Source: Fidelibacterota bacterium (GTDB lineage: Bacteria > Fidelibacterota > Marinisomatia > Marinisomatales > TCS56). From it: a stretch of 18,874 nt of DNA. Both the position numbers and the translations under genes were made by a program. Below, in pieces: positions 1 through 9,977 of this stretch (position 1 is the stretch's first letter; every line of letters begins with the position of its first letter). The notes beneath the pieces are model-generated. The model ran no database searches. It saw only the letters and a list, made by a program, of their open reading frames with translations, and was not told where the DNA came from. The DNA lies in NCBI GenBank assembly GCA_043822705.1, contig JBDRBK010000091.1, positions 1-18,874 on the forward strand, read 5' to 3'.

Positions 1-2033
<2,033 letters not shown>

Positions 2034-2035
2034 AA

Positions 2036-3124
2036 TTAATCCCGCTCCAGGTGAAAACTGTGGTCATCTGTTCCACTGAGAGCGATACCGCGCCGTTCCA
2101 AGTCCACCAGATCGGTAGCGGTTATGATAGTCTGTGCGTCGGTACCCAGCGCCCGCAAAACCTGGTCGCTACGCCGAAAATCCAGTTTGGCAAATAAATC
2201 GTCCAGCAGAATCGTCGGAACCCGGCTGGTATGCCTCCGGATATATAAACCCTCGGCCATTTTAATTACTACCAACGTCAGTTTATGTTCACCTTGTGAA
2301 CCAAATTTTCTTAAATCTTGTTCGCGAAAGCTGAAATCAAATAAATCGCGGTGCGGGCCGATGCTGGTGTGACCGCGCTGCAGATCGACGGAATAACTAT
2401 CCCGTAATAACTGTTCGAATTTACCCTCGTTTGTACCGTCCGCTAAAGAGTACAATAAATCAATTTGAGGATCGTCAACGGTAAAATCCACGGCCGCCTG
2501 TTTTAGATCGTTGGCAAATTCCGCCGTCATGGCTGACCGCAGTTGCCAAATTTTAGTACCCTCCTGGATCAGTTTACCGTTCCAGGCCGTTACCGACGGT
2601 TCGGAAATGGTGCCCCGGGCCGCAAGAATCAGTGCGGCATTACGCTGTTTAAGGATCCTGGTATAATCAGCCAAGACATTCACATATTCACGCGATGCCA
2701 CTGAAAATACCCGGTCGAAATAGGAGCGCCGGTCGGCCGGACCGCCCTTGGTGATAATCTGTTCCTCGGGGCTTAGTACAATCACAGGATTCAGGCCGAT
2801 TAAATCCCTGGTACCGTTCAAGGCTTTTCCGTTCAGGAAAAACCTGCGACGATTATCGCTGAGCTGGTTCAACTTTATTTCCTGTTGGACGCCATTATGC
2901 TCAAAAAGCCCCGCAATATTCATTGAATCTCGATCAATCTGCAACGCTTCCAGCAGTTTTTTGGTCCGGAAACTTCGGCCGTAAGCCAGTAGATAAATTG
3001 ATTCCAAAACCGCCGTTTTCCCCGAACCATTGCGCCCCCAGATAACATTAACTCCAGCACCGAATTCCAACTTCAGGTTATCATGATTGCGAAAAGCGCA
3101 GAGGTTTATTTCTTTGATGGACAT
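2036..3124 (-). CDS. recF: DNA replication/repair protein RecF
   Basis: 362 aa; FRNH start motif, Walker A GRNGSGKT, GPADRRSYFD, GPHRD, signature SQGE, Walker B LLDD; lies downstream of dnaN. Confidence 0.96.
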   Translation of the reverse strand: MSIKEINLCAFRNHDNLKLEFGAGVNVIWGRNGSGKTAVLESIYLLAYGRSFRTKKLLEALQIDRDSMNIAGLFEHNGVQQEIKLNQLSDNRRRFFLNGKALNGTRDLIGLNPVIVLSPEEQIITKGGPADRRSYFDRVFSVASREYVNVLADYTRILKQRNAALILAARGTISEPSVTAWNGKLIQEGTKIWQLRSAMTAEFANDLKQAAVDFTVDDPQIDLLYSLADGTNEGKFEQLLRDSYSVDLQRGHTSIGPHRDLFDFSFREQDLRKFGSQGEHKLTLVVIKMAEGLYIRRHTSRVPTILLDDLFAKLDFRRSDQVLRALGTDAQTIITATDLVDLERRGIALSGTDDHSFHLERD

Positions 3125-3194
3125 AATGCCGGTGAATAAGGAAAAATCCGGTTAATCGCCTGCCGTCCGGAAATCAGCAGAACGGGCGGGGGGG

Positions 3195-4310
3195 TCAGTC
3201 ATTCAACCGGATCGGCATCAAAAGCATGGTCAGGTTGCTGAATTCTTCCTGCTCGTAGGGGAAAAATAATCCGGCGCTGATCGGTGTTTTCAAATCAATG
3301 ATGATTTTATCCGATTTTATGTGCGCTAATATATCCTTGAGGTAGTTGGCGTTATAGCCGATCGTCAAGTCGTCACCGGTGTAGGAGGCGGTGAGTTTTT
3401 CTTGCGCCTTGGATGCCTTTTCCGGGTCTTCTGTTGTGATCGTACCCTGCCCGCCCACGATACGGAGAGCCACCTGGTGAGTAGATTTATTAGAAAATAT
3501 GGATACCCGCCGGACCGCGCCCAGAATTGAATCGCGCTCGACTTCCAGTCTTTTTTCATTGTCCCGCGGAATTACGCTTTCGTAGTCTGGGAATCTTTCA
3601 TCAATCAGGCGCGTGATGATCGTATCCCGTCCCAGGGTGGCGGTCAGATGTTTTTCACCAATCCGGGCGTTAATTTCATCAACCTCCGAAAGAAACACAC
3701 CCAACAGCCCTAAAAATTTCCGGGGAACAATAATATCACCAAAAAAAGTGTCCGGCTGATAATCGTTGCGGATATAACGTACCAGACGGTGGCCGTCAGT
3801 AGCAACGGCTGTCAAACGGTCATCCCCAAACTGAAACAGAACGCCGGTCAACGCCGGTTTCAGTTCATCTTTACTGACGGCAAAACTGGTGTTCTCAATA
3901 ATTTTGCGTACAATCTCGGCTTTCAGTGTAAGTGCTTTATGGTTATCCAGGTCCGGCGTGGCGGGAAATTCCTCCGCCGGCTTCCCCATCAGATCATAGA
4001 CACCAAGATCGGTTATCAGTTGAACTTTGTTCTGAGCATTGACTGAAATTGTTATCCGTGTTTCCGGCATCTCGTTGGTGATTTCGAGTAATGTCTGCAA
4101 CGGAATCGCCGCCGACCCAGTTTCTTCCAAACTGGCTTCCAGCGGAACAATAATTGTGATTTCAAGATCGGTGGCCCGCAACAGTACGCCTTCGTTGGTG
4201 GCTGTGAACAAGACACTGTTCAAAATCGGCAGCGTTGAACGAGATGGCGTTGCCTTTGATAGTTTTTGTAATACCGTCTGCAATTCAGTTTTTGATGTGG
4301 AAAGCTTCAT
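3195..4310 (-). CDS. dnaN: DNA polymerase III beta sliding clamp
   Basis: 371 aa; TLPILNSVL, ATDLEI, VATDGHRL, RLIDERFPDYESVIP, IGYNANYLKD, C-terminal LLMPIRL. Confidence 0.97.
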   Translation of the reverse strand: MKLSTSKTELQTVLQKLSKATPSRSTLPILNSVLFTATNEGVLLRATDLEITIIVPLEASLEETGSAAIPLQTLLEITNEMPETRITISVNAQNKVQLITDLGVYDLMGKPAEEFPATPDLDNHKALTLKAEIVRKIIENTSFAVSKDELKPALTGVLFQFGDDRLTAVATDGHRLVRYIRNDYQPDTFFGDIIVPRKFLGLLGVFLSEVDEINARIGEKHLTATLGRDTIITRLIDERFPDYESVIPRDNEKRLEVERDSILGAVRRVSIFSNKSTHQVALRIVGGQGTITTEDPEKASKAQEKLTASYTGDDLTIGYNANYLKDILAHIKSDKIIIDLKTPISAGLFFPYEQEEFSNLTMLLMPIRLND

Positions 4311-4399
4311 ACAATTCCCAAAACAGATTATTTTGTTGCTAATGATTTTTTATGATTCTAATGCTTCCGATGTTACCGAAATCAGGTTGTATTAACAAG

Positions 4400-4698
4400 C
4401 CGTTTTTTAAAATTTGTCCTCTATGAATTATTATAAAAACAAATTAGAAAAGGAAGCAAAGTAGACTATTATTATTGTCTGTGGATGATGTTGATTATGG
4501 AGAACAGAAGCACTTGCAGCACAGTCAAACTAGTTGTGCTTTGGTCAGCAATAGTTAAGGGATAACTTGATGTGGAAAAGCCCGGAAAACCCTGTGGGAA
4601 AAGTCGGGAATTATCCAGATTGACGCCAAACAAAAGTTGATCTATCCCGGCAAAAAAGGTTTGTTGATCTGGTACTGTTAACTTTGTGGATAACCGGC
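4400..4698. other. Putative chromosomal replication origin oriC (DnaA-box cluster plus AT-rich unwinding region)
   Basis: Non-coding gap upstream of dnaN. DnaA boxes: TGTGGATAA 4685-4693 (perfect); TTATCCAGA 4611-4619, TGTGGAAAA 4571-4579 and TGTGGATGA 4480-4488 (1 mismatch each); TGTGGGAAA 4593-4601 and TGTTGATTA 4489-4497 (2 mismatches each). Trio-like GAC-TAT-TAT-TAT at 4464-4475 and an AT-rich tract at about 4403-4460. Confidence 0.82.
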
Positions 4699-5982
4699 TT
4701 ACTCGGCGATTTGAACGAAGAAATTCTGCCGGGCCTTGGCGATCCAGGCGGAATACCAATTCATCTTTTTATAATTCAGGGCCATGGCCTCTATTTCGGA
4801 CCAGTGGGTAGCCAGGTTTGGTCGACCGCCGACTTTAGTTTCTTCGATCCAGAATAAATGGTAGCCGAAATTGGTTTTCACCGGAGGACTGCATTCATTC
4901 ATTTCGAGGTAATTAATAATTTGGGCTACTTCGGGAATCGGAAATTCCTGGGGGTTGACCCACCCTAAATCTCCGCCCGATCCCCGTGATTGATCGTCTT
5001 TGGAATAGTGTTTGGCCAACCGGGCAAAATCATCGATATTGTGAATGGAGTCACGCACGGCAGCGGCGAAATTATAGGCTCGGGACTCATCCGCTTCGGT
5101 CACCTTGGGAGCGATCAGAATATGACGTAATTTCGCCTTTTCACCCTGTTTCTCGATAGTCTGGATCAGGTGGTAGCCAAACTGGGTTTTTACCGGCAGA
5201 CTGAGTTCGCCATCTTCCTGGGTGAAGGCCACTGTTTCAAATTCGGGTACCAGCGAACCACGCCGGACTAATCCCAGATTACCCCCGGTAGCCGCCGAGC
5301 CGGGATCCTGCGAATAGGCTTTGGCCAAATCTTCGAACGGTTCACCATTAATTAGGCGCTCCCGCAGACCAGTAATTAAAGCCAGAGCTTCTGAGAGACT
5401 CGCCTCACCCGGTTCGACCAGCGTCAACTGGTGCCATAAATGAATCTGGGTCGGGATGAAGGGAATACTGTCTTTATAAGTCTTAAAAAAATCCATCACT
5501 TCCTGGCGGCTGATACTGAGTGAAGATAAAAGCTGTTGTTGGTAACGCTCGGAAATCAGGCGCTCCTGCATTTCTTGCCGATATTCACGGCGCAAGGACT
5601 TTAATGACTGTCCCAGCCGTGCTTCAGCCGCCTCTTCACTTCCGGCCTGGGCGACGATATTGTCGATTTGCTGGCTCAACGCCTGTTCAACTTCTTTGTC
5701 CTTGACTTCGATTGAATCCAGTTTGGCCATCTCCAGGATTATTTTCTGATCGATCATGGATTGCAGAACCTCGTCCTGCAGTCGAACCAGCCGTTCCGGC
5801 TCCAATTGGGGATTGATCCGTTGTTGCAGGGCGGTCATCTGAACCAGCTGTGCGACATCGCTCTTAAGGATTATATGTTCATCGACGATCGCAGCCAGGC
5901 CATCAATTGTAAAATCACCCTGCTGGGAAAAAACAAAAAAAGGAAACAGAAGAATGGGTGCCAGATATTTTGAAAAGGTCAT
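4699..5982 (-). CDS. SurA-like periplasmic chaperone / parvulin peptidyl-prolyl isomerase
   Basis: 427 aa; signal peptide (MTFSKYLAPILLFPFFVFS); SurA-type N-domain (IDGLAAIVDEHIILKSDV); two parvulin domains (FEDLAKAYSQDPGSAATGGNLG...PVKTQFGYHLI and FARLAKHYSKDDQSRGSGGDLGW...PVKTNFGYHLF). Confidence 0.88.
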   Translation of the reverse strand: MTFSKYLAPILLFPFFVFSQQGDFTIDGLAAIVDEHIILKSDVAQLVQMTALQQRINPQLEPERLVRLQDEVLQSMIDQKIILEMAKLDSIEVKDKEVEQALSQQIDNIVAQAGSEEAAEARLGQSLKSLRREYRQEMQERLISERYQQQLLSSLSISRQEVMDFFKTYKDSIPFIPTQIHLWHQLTLVEPGEASLSEALALITGLRERLINGEPFEDLAKAYSQDPGSAATGGNLGLVRRGSLVPEFETVAFTQEDGELSLPVKTQFGYHLIQTIEKQGEKAKLRHILIAPKVTEADESRAYNFAAAVRDSIHNIDDFARLAKHYSKDDQSRGSGGDLGWVNPQEFPIPEVAQIINYLEMNECSPPVKTNFGYHLFWIEETKVGGRPNLATHWSEIEAMALNYKKMNWYSAWIAKARQNFFVQIAE

Positions 5983-6794
5983 GGATTTATATTCCCCAGA
6001 TTGATTTCGATATCCGCTACCGAGCGCAGGCTATCGAGAATTTTAATTGAGTTTAGAGATGCATAGTTCTGGTACAGGCGATGTCGCAGCTCATCATAAA
6101 CATCGTCCCGGTCCCGGTATGTGCCTTCTTTATTGCGCTCCAGGACTTCAATGACATGATAGCCGCGATCGGTGGCAACCGGTCCGATTATGTTGGTGCG
6201 CGGATTACGCCCGAAAATGGCGTCATCCAACTCCTGGACCAGCGCGCCGCGCCGGATGGTCATCGATTCAACCTGGTAAGTGTTGAAAATTTCTCTGCGG
6301 TCGGCGCCAGAACGGCTGCCAGTCAAAATGCGGCGAATACGTTGAGCTTCGTCGTTGTCAGCAACAATGAAATGGTTGATCCGGGCTTCATCCACCGGAC
6401 GGTAGAACTCTTCGATATTCTCTTCATAGGCGGCGTTAATTTCTTCTTGTGAAACAGTTATCCCGGAAGAACGCGCCAGCGAAAGGTAGGTCCGGCCCAG
6501 CAACTCCCGACGATACTGGTCCAGCGCGCGCTCGATCGACATATCGTGCTGCAGCCCATTGTTCAGCGCCGCCTGGTATAGCAGTTCATCGTTGACCCAC
6601 TGGGATACCAGATGCGCAGCTTCTTCCGGTGACAGAGAACGTTCAGTCAGCATTTGATTCAGATGGTCCTGGGTGAGCACGGCCTTGCCGACACGGGCGA
6701 TGACAGGAGAAGAGAAATCTGACCGTGTGCATGACAAAACCCAAAAGACTGCAAACAGAAAAATTCCAAGCCGATAATTAACGGTTCTTTTCAT
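5979..6794 (-). CDS. Parvulin/PrsA-like foldase lipoprotein with a degenerate PPIase domain
   Basis: 271 aa; lipobox-like VLSC after a hydrophobic stretch; VIARVG..VLT chaperone-like N-domain; GPVATDRGYHVIEV parvulin C-terminal motif; ATGA overlap with the surA-like gene. Confidence 0.75.
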   Translation of the reverse strand: MKRTVNYRLGIFLFAVFWVLSCTRSDFSSPVIARVGKAVLTQDHLNQMLTERSLSPEEAAHLVSQWVNDELLYQAALNNGLQHDMSIERALDQYRRELLGRTYLSLARSSGITVSQEEINAAYEENIEEFYRPVDEARINHFIVADNDEAQRIRRILTGSRSGADRREIFNTYQVESMTIRRGALVQELDDAIFGRNPRTNIIGPVATDRGYHVIEVLERNKEGTYRDRDDVYDELRHRLYQNYASLNSIKILDSLRSVADIEINLGNINP

Positions 6795-6803
6795 AATACT
6801 AAA

Positions 6804-9800
6804 TTACTTCCCGTGACTTTGTGAAAACAATTTTACAATTGTTTTTCCAGTTTCAAATGAATTCTGCACCGAAGAAGTGGCAATTTCAAAGATTAAATTT
6901 TTGTTTCGGTCCATTGCAAAGCGATATGGGCGCGACAGAACTTTTAACTGGCTCTCCAAAACAGCCATCATCTCCACCGAATCGTTGAAACGTGTTTTCT
7001 CGGTTACGGTTCCCTTGACGAAGTCAGGACCGATCTGAATCTCGGACAGGCCGCTGCCAATTGATTCAACCCGAATTGTCGCGACCGCAATTAAATTGGA
7101 AAGCGCCTCCGGAAACCGGCCAAAGCGGTCCTGCAGTTCCGTAACGGTATTATCGATACTGCTTAACTCTTTTGCATCCGCCAGTTTCTGATAGAAAAAC
7201 AAGCGATCCTGAATAACAGCCATATAGTCGGCCGGAATGAGTGCGTCACCCTGAAACAATATCCGGGCTGCTTCTTTTTCCTTTTCCTGCGGTTGATTCA
7301 ATACCTCGTCGACCGCATCCTTGAGGATTTTACAGTACATTTCGAAACCAACAGCGGCAATTTGACCGCTTTGCTCGAAACCGAACAGGTTGCCCGCCCC
7401 GCGAATTTCAAGATCTTTCAAAGCAATATCGTAACCGGAGCCGAGATTCGAAAAATATTCAATTGCCTTCAGGCGCTGGAAAGCTGTTTTGGTCAATTTA
7501 TGATTGCGCGGTAAAACGAGGTGGCAAAACGCTTGTCGGTTGCTACGGCCGACACGGCCGCGAATCTGATATATCTGGGCCAAGCCGAAACGGTGGGCTT
7601 CATTGATGATAATTGTGTTAACATTGGGGATATCCAGACCAGATTCAATAATCGTTGTACAGACTAAAACATCGATATTTCCAGCGGCAAAATCAAGCAT
7701 TGTGTTTTCCAGAAGTCTACTAGGCATTTGTCCGTTGGCGATTGCCACGGAATGCGCGGGAAAAGATTCCTGAATCCGGTCTCGGTAAAACGCCAGCGTA
7801 TCTATGTTATTATGCAGGAAGAAGGCCTGGCCGTTCCGGTTCAGTTCGCGGCGCAGCGAGTCGTTGATCGTATTCCAGTCGAAATATTGAATTACCGTGC
7901 GAACCGGCAACCGCTCTTTGGGTGGAGTTTCAATTTTGCTGATGCTGTAGATACCAACCAGCGATTGTTGCAGGGTGCGTGGAATCGGCGTGGCCGTCAG
8001 CGTTAAAACATCAACATTCTTTTTAATTTGCTTGATGCGCTCCTTGTGTTTAACGCCGAAACGATGCTCTTCGTCGACAATCAACAATCCCAGGCGCGGA
8101 ATAACGACATCAGCCGATAAAAGGCGGTGCGTCCCGACGACAAGGTCGGCGGTCCCGCTGGCCAGGGCCGCCAGAGTCGTTTTTTGTTCTTTGGAACTAC
8201 GGAAACGCGACAACAGTTCCACCCGGACGCCCAAGGGCTCCAGACGGTTTTTTGCCGTCAGATAATGTTGGTCGGCCAATATGGTTGTCGGCGCCAAAAA
8301 AGCCACTTTATAACCACCACTGATTACGTTCATGACGGCACGCAGGGCAACCTCGGTTTTTCCGAAGCCAACGTCTCCGCAGACCAAACGGTCCATGGGC
8401 GTCGGCTTGCTGAGATCATTGAACACACTTTCAATAGCAGTCGTCTGATCGGGAGTTTCTTCATACGCGAAGGATTCTTCCAGGCCGGTAACCAACTCCC
8501 GGTCAGGACTATAGCTGAATCCCCGGGGGTGATTGCGCTGAGCATACAGATCAACTAGTTCATTAATGACGGACGCAGCTGATTTTCGGGTCTTCAGTTT
8601 TTGCCGCTCCCACTGTGCCGACCCTAAAGTCGATAATTTCGGATCTGCCTCGCCGGAAGAAATATATTTGTGTACGCGGGAAAACTTATCCACAGGTACA
8701 TAAACATGTCCGCCATCGGCATATTCAATCTTGATACACTCCTGCACCGTCGTTTTATTTTGAACCCGGTCTAGCCCACGATAGATCCCGACGCCGAAAT
8801 CCTGGTGAACCAACAAGTCGCCCCAATCAATCGATTCCAGAGAACCGATTGGTTTGTGGATGGACTTCTCGGGTGCAACCGACCAGCGCCTTCGCAGTCG
8901 CGATGATACTTGAAACAGTTCTGCATGAGTGAAACAGGCCAGGCCGGCGGTAGACAAGAGAAAACCCTGTTGCAACGGTGCCGGTATGTAACGCGGCACG
9001 AAGGGAAGTTTATTATTTAACGCGGCAATCCGTTCGGCGGAATCAATAAAAACAAAGAAATTGTTTAATCCAAGGTCCCCTGCCGCGCGAGTAAGGATTT
9101 CCAGTTTTGCTTCCCAGGATTGGCGTACAAAAGACGTAGATACGCAATTCACAAATTGACAGTCGATTCCCGGTGAGGTCGATAAAGAAAATCCAGCCAC
9201 CGTTTGTTCGACAGATAAAATTTGTATGTTCTCGGGTAGAACGGCCAGTAAATTTTTTGTTGCCCCGGCCGGGGCCGTCGCCGGCGGCGATATTTCCACA
9301 ACAGTTAATTGCTCGACGGTCCGCTGTGAGATCGGGTTAAAAGAGCGAACACTTTCCACCTCATCGCCAAAAAGCTCGATTCGAAAAGGCAGCGCCGACG
9401 CCAGCATAAAAACATCGATGATACCACCGCGGACAGCAACACTTTTCGGTGTGTAAACATGATCGACGCGTTCATAGCCCCAGCTTTCCAGCGCTGCCAG
9501 CAGGCTTGCACCGTTCAGCCGTTCTCCCCGGGCAACGTGAAAACCGGTTTCCGGCCGATCTTTAAACAAGGGTGTCTCCATAGCCGTTGCTGTAGTAAAA
9601 ACCAATCCGGTAAAATCTGGTGACAGGTTCTCCGCAAGATCGGAGTGATAGCGCTCCCAATCATGTACAAATCCAGGAACCTGCGGCGTGCTGTCGACGG
9701 GCTCAGGGAAATAAAAGACATCCCGAGGAATTAAGTTGAAGGCGATATGGTATAATTCTTCAGCAAGCGACAATGTCCCACAGACGCAGATTAGTGTTTT

Positions 9801-9977
9801 CTGCCGCGCCTGCCACAAAGCCAGAACAATCGCAGACAGACAGGATTGATTCAGGCCCGCGACACCAAAGGCGGCACCATTTCCGGTCAGAGCGGAGTCT
9901 ATCCTGTCGACGTAGTCAAGCGAGCGTAGCGTCGCAAGTAACCCACCAAGATTTTCTACTGTTTCACGTGAAACCAT
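6804..9977 (-). CDS. mfd: Transcription-repair coupling factor Mfd
   Basis: UvrB-like segment (VRGGIIDVF...RIELFGDEVESVRSF), RID (GDLLVHQDFGVGIYRG), SF2 motifs GDVGFGKT, DEEHRFGV, TATPIPRT and QIRGRVGRS, TRG motif DLEIRGAGNLFG, C-terminal TRCF domain. ATG at 9977 overlaps the mnmG stop (TGATG); the ORF-track start at 9980 is a TTG. Confidence 0.96.
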   Translation of the reverse strand: MVSRETVENLGGLLATLRSLDYVDRIDSALTGNGAAFGVAGLNQSCLSAIVLALWQARQKTLICVCGTLSLAEELYHIAFNLIPRDVFYFPEPVDSTPQVPGFVHDWERYHSDLAENLSPDFTGLVFTTATAMETPLFKDRPETGFHVARGERLNGASLLAALESWGYERVDHVYTPKSVAVRGGIIDVFMLASALPFRIELFGDEVESVRSFNPISQRTVEQLTVVEISPPATAPAGATKNLLAVLPENIQILSVEQTVAGFSLSTSPGIDCQFVNCVSTSFVRQSWEAKLEILTRAAGDLGLNNFFVFIDSAERIAALNNKLPFVPRYIPAPLQQGFLLSTAGLACFTHAELFQVSSRLRRRWSVAPEKSIHKPIGSLESIDWGDLLVHQDFGVGIYRGLDRVQNKTTVQECIKIEYADGGHVYVPVDKFSRVHKYISSGEADPKLSTLGSAQWERQKLKTRKSAASVINELVDLYAQRNHPRGFSYSPDRELVTGLEESFAYEETPDQTTAIESVFNDLSKPTPMDRLVCGDVGFGKTEVALRAVMNVISGGYKVAFLAPTTILADQHYLTAKNRLEPLGVRVELLSRFRSSKEQKTTLAALASGTADLVVGTHRLLSADVVIPRLGLLIVDEEHRFGVKHKERIKQIKKNVDVLTLTATPIPRTLQQSLVGIYSISKIETPPKERLPVRTVIQYFDWNTINDSLRRELNRNGQAFFLHNNIDTLAFYRDRIQESFPAHSVAIANGQMPSRLLENTMLDFAAGNIDVLVCTTIIESGLDIPNVNTIIINEAHRFGLAQIYQIRGRVGRSNRQAFCHLVLPRNHKLTKTAFQRLKAIEYFSNLGSGYDIALKDLEIRGAGNLFGFEQSGQIAAVGFEMYCKILKDAVDEVLNQPQEKEKEAARILFQGDALIPADYMAVIQDRLFFYQKLADAKELSSIDNTVTELQDRFGRFPEALSNLIAVATIRVESIGSGLSEIQIGPDFVKGTVTEKTRFNDSVEMMAVLESQLKVLSRPYRFAMDRNKNLIFEIATSSVQNSFETGKTIVKLFSQSHGK
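9960..9975. other. parS centromere-like site (ParB binding)
   Basis: TGTTTCACGTGAAACC, 15/16 match to the consensus TGTTTCACGTGAAACA with a perfect 14-bp palindromic core; origin-proximal. Confidence 0.88.

Noticed and set aside
3125..3194. Weak hairpin and G-run between dnaN and recF
   Set aside because: Stem of about 6 bp with a G-U pair and no adjacent U-tract; not supportable as a terminator or RNA element.
4631..4643. Possible IHF site (GATCAACTTTTGT on the minus strand)
   Set aside because: Mismatches at both ends of the WATCAANNNNTTR consensus.
4472..4759. 95-aa minus-strand ORF across the origin
   Set aside because: Overlaps the surA-like 3' end out of frame and runs through the DnaA boxes; no protein-like features.
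8686..8694. Perfect DnaA box TTATCCACA inside mfd
   Set aside because: Single site explained by the PVDK codons; no cluster around it.
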